Positions 24,967 to 32,000 of a stretch of 32,000 nt of DNA are shown in pieces (position 1 is the stretch's first letter; each line of letters starts with the position of its first letter). The position numbers and the translations under genes are program-made. The notes beneath the pieces are model-generated. The model searched no databases. It saw only the letters and a list, made by a program, of their open reading frames with translations, and had not been told where the DNA came from. Source of the DNA: Coprobacillaceae bacterium (lineage in GTDB: Bacteria > Bacillota_I > Bacilli_A > Erysipelotrichales > Coprobacillaceae); the NCBI GenBank assembly GCA_963675915.1, contig OY780959.1, positions 870,001 through 902,000 of the forward strand, given 5' to 3'.

Positions 24967-24980
24967 GGCAAAACTGCTAA
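24954..24980 (-). promoter_or_regulatory. CIRCE-like inverted repeat 2 overlapping the -35 box of the htpG promoter
   Basis: Minus strand: TTAGCAGTT-ttgccttga-CAGTGCTAA. Confidence 0.6.
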
Positions 24981-24991
24981 GAGATAGAAGC

Positions 24992-25035
24992 AAAAAAAGA
25001 AGCTGTGAATTCAGGTTTCCCTTTCATCACAACTT
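24992..25035 (-). terminator. Terminator of the VWA / TasA-like D operon
   Basis: Minus strand: GAAGUUGUGA, 17-nt loop, UCACAGCUUC (one G-U pair), followed by U7. Confidence 0.55.
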
Positions 25036-25047
25036 CTTGTCAGTATT

Positions 25048-25620
25048 TTATGGTGTCAATGTGACTCCCCAGATATCGAGGATATCTGCACCAATGCTAT
25101 TTACTTGTCGAGATGCAATTCCTTCAGCCAAAACTGAGACTTCCAGAACATCATCGCCAGGTTTATCCATATTGATGACTAGTTGCCCAGTCATATCTTC
25201 TGGATCCACCGGTAATGCATAGTAATAATAACCACCAATTTCTTGCCAATTTCCATCGCTTGCACCGACATTAAATTCAATATAGGCACTGCCGTCAATT
25301 GGTTTGACATAGCCACCTTCATCTTGAACTGTTGCTACTACCGCAACGCGGATATAAGCAGCAGTCAGATTCAAATCAGGATCATTGGTTTCATTGCTGT
25401 TGGCGATAGTAAACACCTTTTGTGCAGTAGTTTCGGTTTCATAAAAATCCCCACCGCTGGTTTCATAATAGGTACCATCTTCAACAACTTGAACATCGAC
25501 GTATGATGGATTGAATTCATTGATTGCATAGTCTTCGTCGGTAAAGAATGCGAATGTATAGGCAACGGAAAGTCCAATTATAACAAGAAGAACAGATAAT
25601 CTAAGAAATAATTTTTTCAT
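25048..25620 (-). CDS. TasA/BsaA-like secreted protein, paralogue D
   Basis: MKKLFLRLSVLLVIIGLSVAYTFAFFTDEDY is a SipW-cognate-type N-terminus. Also TAAYIRVAVV and VLAEGIASRQ. RBS AGGAGGGTGA. It lies 18 nt downstream of the VWA gene. Confidence 0.6.
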   Translation of the reverse strand: MKKLFLRLSVLLVIIGLSVAYTFAFFTDEDYAINEFNPSYVDVQVVEDGTYYETSGGDFYETETTAQKVFTIANSNETNDPDLNLTAAYIRVAVVATVQDEGGYVKPIDGSAYIEFNVGASDGNWQEIGGYYYYALPVDPEDMTGQLVINMDKPGDDVLEVSVLAEGIASRQVNSIGADILDIWGVTLTP

Positions 25621-25638
25621 TTTATCTTCACCCTCCTA

Positions 25639-28395
25639 TCAATCTAACCCAATGACATGGTTTCTTGCGACAGCCACATCACCGATCCATGGATATTGTG
25701 TCAATGTTTTGGTTGTGAAATCAAATTGATGAACATCATCAGTAACCTCATCATCAACCAATCCAGTACCATTTTGATCGTACCAGTTATTTACATAGTA
25801 GAAGACTGCATCTCCATTAGTACCGTCGCGGCCTACGAAGAATTGAGTAGTTGCCGGTGAATCAGGAGTATATTTATCTGCCCAATCATCAACTTCAGTC
25901 ACTCGATAGAAGCCTTCTTCAAGATACTTGATTGTTTTAGCATCTTGAGCATTATCCAATGTTACGTAGAATGTTCTTACTTTAGCACCAACAGGATCAT
26001 CAATATTTTCACCTTCGAATTGTTCAATCATGAATTTGAATCCTTGATTAGATTCGATTGGATCCAAACTTGAATATTCAGTGCTTGTTTTGTAAATTGT
26101 GAATTCACCATCTACGATAGTCAGATAGAATTCATTCAAATCACTTGGAATATCCTCATTATGGTAAGCAGCCCTCGATGTGATATCCACATCAGTTGGC
26201 AAGTCAGCCATAACTTTGGCATGGCCAAGAATCGGTGATCCGATTACATCGTAGTCACCATCAAATGGAACCCAGCTGTCATCTACAGGTGTTATTAACA
26301 AGTCAGGCATTCCAGTTGCAGCTGCCAATGGAGTTGTTCCATCACAGCCAATATAGTCAGCATCAGCAATCGGTGGCCAGTATACACTATCCACGAAGTC
26401 TTCATATTCAGGAACTTCACCGAGGAAGTTGATTGAATTTTGAAGATTGATTGTCGAATCAATAACTATAATTTCAGGATAAATATCGAATGTCAACGGA
26501 TTAGGTGTAATCGTACCTGAATATATAGGAGTTACGGTCACCCTTACAGTTACCGTTTTGGTATCTAACAATTGGGTAAATCCACTAACAGAACCATCGA
26601 TTGTGGTTGTGCCAGCATCAATAGTCAATGTTCCCAGGTGAGTGCCGCCTCCATCAGGGTCACCATCATAGAATGCATATGAAACATCAACATAGTCATT
26701 GCGGTGCCCACCTAATGTATAATCATCTGGAACTGGATAATAGAATCCTTCTCCTGGATCATTTTGACTGTAGTTTACCACACCAGCGACGATATCCGCC
26801 AATACTTCAATGCCACAGGCACCGTTGGTAATATAGACTTTCTTATCAACAGGAGTTACTACATATTGAAGTGGTACATCAATTGTCGGCACTTCGAATC
26901 TGTTGATTGGATATGAAGAGTCAGAATCAAGATAGAATCCACTGTTAGTTTCGTTGGTTTCTACCATATTACCTCCGATGAATCCAGGAATCAAATCTGT
27001 TGTAATCACGATAATCAGTTTCATACCATGATCAATTTCTTCATAATCTGTGTAACACAGATTTTCTGAATAATCAAAGCCAGAAACATAGACTCCATTG
27101 TTAGTTCCATCTACTACCAAAGTTACATCACCCGGATCCAATTCGGTATAAGTTGGATTAAATGTATATTCTTCAGTCGGAAGTCCTTCATCGAATATTC
27201 CAGTAAATGCCGAAGTGTATACTCTTACACTGTCGCCATCGGTGCTGGCATTTGCCAGGCCAATGTCCGATACTTCCGGAGTCATAATAACTTCAGTCAA
27301 ATAATCTCTAACCTGTGTGGTAACACCATAATCAGGTCCTTCGATATTTTCTTGAATGATAGTTTCGAATGCCGCAATCAATTCATCATCGAAATTTTCA
27401 TTACTAAATACGTATGCGTATTGGTCATATGGGGTTGTGTTGGTAGTCGCATCATAATTAGATGAAATAACCTCCGCGAATTCCCATCTTGAAATATTTT
27501 TTCCATCTCCATAAGGATCAGGGAAATTAGCATTGGAATAAACATCCGGGCCATCCAATGTCATTGCATAAATCTTGTTGTCAGTAGCTTCAACACTTTT
27601 CACAAATTGTGAATTGTCGTAGGTTTGTTTGAATTTGTTGGTTGAGTCCTTGAATTCAGAACTACTTTGACCAGGCAAACCATCAGTGTATAAGATTGTA
27701 ATGCTGTCTTCACCAATTACATTTGGATTTTCGACAATTTGCAATACTGCATTTAGACCTTTATCAGCTCTGGAAACTCCATAGTCATCAATAGCAAGAT
27801 TGTTGACGATGTCATAAGCAGCATCAGCTTCTTCTCCCTGCCCTAAAGCAAAAAATAAGTTTTTGGTCACGTAACTGTTAGAATATTGGGCATTACTGTC
27901 GTACATTACGCTGTAATTATTGTAACCATCATAATAAAGATTAGGTTCCGCTGATAAATTGATATAGTCCTTATAATAAAGACCAGTTACATTATTGTCA
28001 GAGAATTGAGTGAACGCTACATTCACTGAAATATTGTTAAGCATAATGTAATCAAGAATATAGATAACACTATTCTTCAAAACTTGGAATCTTGTCAAAT
28101 CATCACTAGGATCTAGCGGATCAGCTCCGGTCCCCGGTACTGTTTCCTCCATACTTGGTGACGTATCTAAACAAAAAATAATGTCTGGTAGTTCCGCATA
28201 GCTTGTATACTCTGCGGTAGCATATGTTTCTAATGTTATTTCCACTTTCCCATTATCCAAGAAATCTGCCGTTTTATACAGCACAACACTTGGGTCCATA
28301 TCACCTTCGACTGCTGTTACAGTACTAAAGGCGGTAAATGTTGCCAGAACCATGGCTATTGCTACTAAAAAACTTAGTATTTTTTTATACTTCAT
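25639..28395 (-). CDS. Large secreted von Willebrand factor A domain protein with CnaB/SpaA-like C-terminal module(s)
   Basis: 918 aa with a signal peptide. MIDAS motif: FCLDTSPSM (DxSxS) together with ILYTDGLPG. The C-terminal IKYLEEGFYRVTEVDDWADKYTP resembles the 'L.pG.Y.v.E...P.GY' strand of prealbumin-like pilin/adhesin domains. There is no LPXTG motif or TM segment at the C-terminus. Confidence 0.8.
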   Translation of the reverse strand: MKYKKILSFLVAIAMVLATFTAFSTVTAVEGDMDPSVVLYKTADFLDNGKVEITLETYATAEYTSYAELPDIIFCLDTSPSMEETVPGTGADPLDPSDDLTRFQVLKNSVIYILDYIMLNNISVNVAFTQFSDNNVTGLYYKDYINLSAEPNLYYDGYNNYSVMYDSNAQYSNSYVTKNLFFALGQGEEADAAYDIVNNLAIDDYGVSRADKGLNAVLQIVENPNVIGEDSITILYTDGLPGQSSSEFKDSTNKFKQTYDNSQFVKSVEATDNKIYAMTLDGPDVYSNANFPDPYGDGKNISRWEFAEVISSNYDATTNTTPYDQYAYVFSNENFDDELIAAFETIIQENIEGPDYGVTTQVRDYLTEVIMTPEVSDIGLANASTDGDSVRVYTSAFTGIFDEGLPTEEYTFNPTYTELDPGDVTLVVDGTNNGVYVSGFDYSENLCYTDYEEIDHGMKLIIVITTDLIPGFIGGNMVETNETNSGFYLDSDSSYPINRFEVPTIDVPLQYVVTPVDKKVYITNGACGIEVLADIVAGVVNYSQNDPGEGFYYPVPDDYTLGGHRNDYVDVSYAFYDGDPDGGGTHLGTLTIDAGTTTIDGSVSGFTQLLDTKTVTVRVTVTPIYSGTITPNPLTFDIYPEIIVIDSTINLQNSINFLGEVPEYEDFVDSVYWPPIADADYIGCDGTTPLAAATGMPDLLITPVDDSWVPFDGDYDVIGSPILGHAKVMADLPTDVDITSRAAYHNEDIPSDLNEFYLTIVDGEFTIYKTSTEYSSLDPIESNQGFKFMIEQFEGENIDDPVGAKVRTFYVTLDNAQDAKTIKYLEEGFYRVTEVDDWADKYTPDSPATTQFFVGRDGTNGDAVFYYVNNWYDQNGTGLVDDEVTDDVHQFDFTTKTLTQYPWIGDVAVARNHVIGLD

Positions 28396-28449
28396 ATATC
28401 ATCACCTCTTCAAGTTATATAGAAACATATATATTCTTACTTCATAAAC

Positions 28450-28482
28450 ATTATATTTAAGCAAGGTAACATAACAGTCACA
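28450..28482 (-). promoter_or_regulatory. Activator-type promoter P_VWA
   Basis: Minus strand: TGTGAC-tgtta-TGTTAC-cttgcttaaa-TATAAT. Confidence 0.6.
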
Positions 28483-28580
28483 TAAAAAAAAATAGATGAT
28501 ATAACTAAAAAGACTCGGACAAAGATTTACCGTCCCTGATGGACAACAGTAAACTTAACTCGAGTCAATTTTATTAAATT

Positions 28581-29702
28581 TTAACAGTAGTCGTCCCCGA
28601 AGCAAACTCCGATAGCTTTGGCTGCTTTAACCAGCTCCCCATTAGGGTCGACATGTTTTTGTTTTCCAACCCGGGCTTGGCCAATCACTTCTTCGAGTGA
28701 GGCATAACCCATGGTGTCCCCTTTGATGGTAACCACATTGCCAAACAACCCTTCACTAATCAGTTCTACTGCCTTGATGGCATAGCGGATTGAAAGGATC
28801 CGGTCGTAAGCTTCAATGTCGCCACCCCGGATAATATGACCGGGATTGACCGAACGGACCTCGTGATTTTCAATCGCGTTTTCAAGATCATCAGCCACCT
28901 TGGCAGCCAGTCCCGAATAACGGATCGGATCTGGTGAATCTTCAACGATTTTACCGATTACTTTGGTTCCATCGGCATATTTGGCACCTTCCGCTACGGC
29001 GATGACCGTATATGGCAATCCTTTTTCATCACGTTTTTTGACGTGCTCGACAATACTTTCGATGGTAAAAGGAATTTCTGGAATCAGGATACATGATGCA
29101 TTACCGGCCAATCCGGCATAGAGGGCTATCCATCCGGCATCACGTCCCATCAATTCACAACAAATAACCCGATGATGTGATTTCGCGGTCGTATTGAGTC
29201 GGTCGATGAATTGGGTCCCGACTGTCATTGCCGAAATAAAGCCGTAAGTGACATCAGTAGCCGACAGATCATTATCCATGGTTTTAGGAATTCCAATGAC
29301 ATTTACCCCTTTACGTGAAAAATCGCGGGCCGAAGTCAAAGTTCCGTCACCTCCGAGGATTACTAAGACATCAACACCGTCTTTCTTGAGATTCTCAACC
29401 CCTACATCAGACAAGTCTTTTTTGACGATATTGCCGTTTTCATCTTCAACCGGCATTTCAAAAAGATTTGTCTTGTTTGAACTATACAGGATAGTTCCAC
29501 CCTCTTTGTAAATTCCCTCTACTTTTTCTTCTGTCAGTTCGATGTATTCATTATTGTATAAACCCCGATAACCATACACAAAACCGATTACCTCGTAGCC
29601 ATAGTTGTTAATGGCTGCTTTGGTCACTGCCCGAATTACTGCATTTAAACCTGGGCAATCGCCCCCACCCGATAATAAAGCAATTTTCTTTACTTTTTCC
29701 AT
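28581..29702 (-). CDS. pfkA: 6-phosphofructokinase (PfkA family, long 'mixed' clade)
   Basis: KKIALLSGGGDCPGLNAVIR, ILGGDGTLTS, IGIPKTMDNDL and MGRDAGWIAL. I chose the start at MEKVKK (ATG 29702) behind GGAGG. The track start at 29780 has no RBS. Confidence 0.9.
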   Translation of the reverse strand: MEKVKKIALLSGGGDCPGLNAVIRAVTKAAINNYGYEVIGFVYGYRGLYNNEYIELTEEKVEGIYKEGGTILYSSNKTNLFEMPVEDENGNIVKKDLSDVGVENLKKDGVDVLVILGGDGTLTSARDFSRKGVNVIGIPKTMDNDLSATDVTYGFISAMTVGTQFIDRLNTTAKSHHRVICCELMGRDAGWIALYAGLAGNASCILIPEIPFTIESIVEHVKKRDEKGLPYTVIAVAEGAKYADGTKVIGKIVEDSPDPIRYSGLAAKVADDLENAIENHEVRSVNPGHIIRGGDIEAYDRILSIRYAIKAVELISEGLFGNVVTIKGDTMGYASLEEVIGQARVGKQKHVDPNGELVKAAKAIGVCFGDDYC

Positions 29703-29729
29703 ATTAAATACCTCCAAGCTCCTTCTTAT

Positions 29730-29758
29730 ATTATACTTGGAATTACACTCAATTTCAA
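29730..29758 (-). promoter_or_regulatory. pfkA promoter
   Basis: Minus strand: TTGAAA (29758-29753), 17-nt spacer, TATAAT (29735-29730). Confidence 0.55.
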
Positions 29759-29853
29759 TCACAAATGTAAACGTTTTCAATTATCCGACACTCAGTTTAG
29801 AAATAACCAACACTTAGACAACTAGTTATGCTTTGCTCTGATTATATTGAATC

Positions 29854-29885
29854 AAAGAAAAGAATCCGCCAATAGCAGCGGATTC
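29854..29885 (-). terminator. Intrinsic terminator of pnp
   Basis: Minus strand: GAAUCCGC-ugcuauug-GCGGAUUC followed by UUUUCUUUG. Confidence 0.65.
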
Positions 29886-29901
29886 AAGAGATTATTACTA
29901 A

Positions 29902-32000
29902 TTAGTTGTGGTCTTTATGATCTTTCTTGTCATGATGACCTTTATGATCTTTGTGATCTTTATTATCTGAATTGATTGGTTTTGGCAACAACGCCTTAGC
30001 CGAAACGTTTACACGTCCTTTTTCATCAATTTCAGTTACTTTTACTTTTACGATATCACCGATTTTTAAGACATCCGCCGGATTGGCGATTCTTTCATGA
30101 GCGATTTTCGATACATGCAACAATCCATCAGTGCTTCCAAACAGATTTACGAAAGCTCCGTATTTCTCAACCCGGACAACTTTGGCGTCATAGATTTCAC
30201 CGACTTTTGCTTTTTTAACGATTGCTGAAATCAAAGATTTTGCTTTTTCGATTGCTTCATAATCGTAATGGTAAATCAAGACAGTACCATCTTCTTCGAT
30301 ATCGATCTTGACATCATCAGATTTTTCAATGATTTCGTTAATGACTTTACCACCTTGACCGATAACATCTTTGATTTGGTCAACTTCAATTTTCATCATT
30401 GCAACCTTAGGTGCGTATTGAGACAGTTTTTCACGTGGTCCTTCGATTGCCGCCAGCATGTTTTCCATGATTTGAGCACGTCCGACTTTAGCTTGCGCCA
30501 AGGCTTCTTGCAGGATTTCTTTAGTGATACCGTCGATTTTGATATCCATTTGTAATGCACAGATACCTTTGTCAGTACCGGCAACTTTGAAGTCCATATC
30601 GCCAAGATGATCTTCCATCCCCTGAATGTCAGTCAAAATTGTATAATCGTCACCTTTTTTTACCAGACCCATGGCGATTCCGGCTACTGGTGCACTGATT
30701 GGCACTCCGGCAGTCATCAAGGCCATTGAAGAGGCACAGATTGAAGCTTGTGAAGATGAACCGTTTGATTCCAATACCTCAGATACTACCCGGATAGTAT
30801 ATGGGAAAGTTTCCTCACCAGGGATTACTTGAGCCAAAGCTCTTTCACCTAAAGCTCCATGACCGATTTCACGACGTCCCGGTGCCCCAAATCTTCCAGT
30901 TTCCCCTACTGAGTAAGGTGGGAAGTTATAATGATGCATGAAACGTTTTTGGTCTTCAAGTCCCAAACCGTCGATTTTTTGGTGTTCATTCAAAGCCCCA
31001 AGAGTTGCAATTGACATTACTTGAGTTTCCCCACGAGTGAACAGAGCTGATCCATGGACACGAGGCAATAAGTCTACTTGAGAATCAAGTGGTCTTACTT
31101 CATCGATTTTACGTCCATCAGGACGAACTTTGTCTTCTGTGATCAGACGACGTACTTCGTCTTTTTCCAAGTCATGTAAGATTATGTTGACTTGTTTCAT
31201 TACGTTAGCTTTTTCAGTTTCGCTTTCGTATTCTTTTTCTTCGAAGATGGCTACATTGCGATCGATAACTTCATCGATAGCTGCATATCTTTCCAATTTA
31301 CCTTCAATTGAAACTGCTGCCACCATATCTGCTAAAGCCATTTCTTTGACGTGTTCAACCAATTGGTCATCCACTTCAAATAATGGGATTTCAATTTTAG
31401 CTTTTCCGCATTCCAATACTACTTTTTCCTGGAATTCGATCAATTCTTTGATTTTTTCATGTCCGAACATCAAGGCATCCAACATCACTTCTTCCGATAC
31501 TTCTTTGGCATCAGCTTCAACCATGTTGATAGCTTCCTTAGTCCCGGCAACTTCCAGGTTAAGTTCGCTGTTGGCAAGTTGTTCTGGCGAACCATTGACA
31601 ATGAATTCACCATCGACAAGTCCGACATTGACACCGGCGATTGGTCCGTTGAACGGAATATCCGATAAACATAAAGACAATGACGCACCAAGCATTGCTG
31701 CCATTTCCGGTGTGGCATTATGATCCACTGATAATACTGTGTTGATTGACTGAACTTCATTTCTGAATCCATCCGCAAACAACGGTCTGATTGGACGGTC
31801 AATCATTCTTGATGTCAGGGTTCCATGTTCGCTAGGGCGCCCTTCTCTTTTTAGAAATCCCCCAGGAATTTTCCCTACTGAATACAGTTTTTCCTCATAA
31901 ATCACTGTAAGCGGGAAAAAATTAACGTCTTTTGGCGTTTTCCCGGCAGTTGCTGTAGATAAAATTACTGTATCGTCATAACGTACTAATACTGATCCAT
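29902..32000 (-). CDS. pnp: Polynucleotide phosphorylase, 5' end beyond the window edge
   Basis: The frame stays open upstream of the track start. Hand translation of 32000-31906 gives [32 protein letters not shown], continuing into [25 protein letters not shown]. Both RNase PH domains, the KH domain and the S1 domain are present ([20 protein letters not shown]). Confidence 0.95.
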   Translation of the reverse strand, partial: GSVLVRYDDTVILSTATAGKTPKDVNFFPLTVIYEEKLYSVGKIPGGFLKREGRPSEHGTLTSRMIDRPIRPLFADGFRNEVQSINTVLSVDHNATPEMAAMLGASLSLCLSDIPFNGPIAGVNVGLVDGEFIVNGSPEQLANSELNLEVAGTKEAINMVEADAKEVSEEVMLDALMFGHEKIKELIEFQEKVVLECGKAKIEIPLFEVDDQLVEHVKEMALADMVAAVSIEGKLERYAAIDEVIDRNVAIFEEKEYESETEKANVMKQVNIILHDLEKDEVRRLITEDKVRPDGRKIDEVRPLDSQVDLLPRVHGSALFTRGETQVMSIATLGALNEHQKIDGLGLEDQKRFMHHYNFPPYSVGETGRFGAPGRREIGHGALGERALAQVIPGEETFPYTIRVVSEVLESNGSSSQASICASSMALMTAGVPISAPVAGIAMGLVKKGDDYTILTDIQGMEDHLGDMDFKVAGTDKGICALQMDIKIDGITKEILQEALAQAKVGRAQIMENMLAAIEGPREKLSQYAPKVAMMKIEVDQIKDVIGQGGKVINEIIEKSDDVKIDIEEDGTVLIYHYDYEAIEKAKSLISAIVKKAKVGEIYDAKVVRVEKYGAFVNLFGSTDGLLHVSKIAHERIANPADVLKIGDIVKVKVTEIDEKGRVNVSAKALLPKPINSDNKDHKDHKGHHDKKDHKDHN

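Noticed and set aside
29730-29775. TGTGAT-tgaaa-TTGAGT upstream of the pfkA -10 box, considered as a fifth member of the repeat-type promoter family.
   Set aside because: The second hexamer does not match, the spacing to the -10 box is 11 nt rather than 10, and a normal -35 box (TTGAAA, 17-bp spacer) is present.
1-32000. Looked for CRISPR arrays, tRNA/rRNA genes, transposases, integrases, toxin-antitoxin pairs and known defence-system hallmarks.
   Set aside because: None was recognised. Intergenic regions are short and are accounted for by promoters, terminators, the T-box, the CIRCE-like elements and the R1/R2 repeats. tRNA absence was judged by eye only.

Overview
Low-GC, Firmicutes-type chromosomal segment, transcribed almost entirely on the minus strand. 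No rRNA, tRNA, CRISPR array, transposase or integrase was recognised. Core genes: murC (partial), an M24 Xaa-Pro peptidase, aspS, hisS (with a T-box leader), rel/relA, apt, recJ, a nitroreductase, htpG (two CIRCE-like operators), a pfkA-type phosphofructokinase and pnp (partial). In Bacillus subtilis, recJ-apt-relA and hisS-aspS are near neighbours. Here an accessory block of about 11 kb (about 5.7-17.0 kb) sits between them. The block has four parts. (i) A minus-strand operon encodes two TasA/camelysin-like secreted proteins, a MucBP-like acidic adhesin and an archaeal/ER-type (SipW-type) signal peptidase. (ii) A divergent plus-strand operon encodes a transglutaminase-core lipoprotein, a PilC/ComGB-like platform protein, four small pilin-like proteins with degenerate or missing prepilin motifs, and a PilT-family ATPase as the only ATPase. 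(iii) Two further TasA-like genes carry SipW-cognate 'AYFTD'-type signal peptides. (iv) A regulator has an OmpR-type winged helix, a BTAD/SARP-like domain and a C-terminal region resembling a dead GGDEF domain. A satellite operon (a 918-aa VWA/CnaB-like giant protein plus a fifth TasA-like protein) lies 8.5 kb away, between htpG and pfkA. Four promoters in front of the TasA-like and VWA operons share one geometry: TGTKAC-N5-TGTKAC-N10 followed by the -10 box, with no -35 box. This suggests a single activator-dependent regulon. My main candidate for an undescribed system is the combination of SipW/TasA-like fibre genes, a remodelled PilT-driven pseudopilus, a transglutaminase and the SARP-like regulator. 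All family calls come from motifs read by eye. No searches were run.
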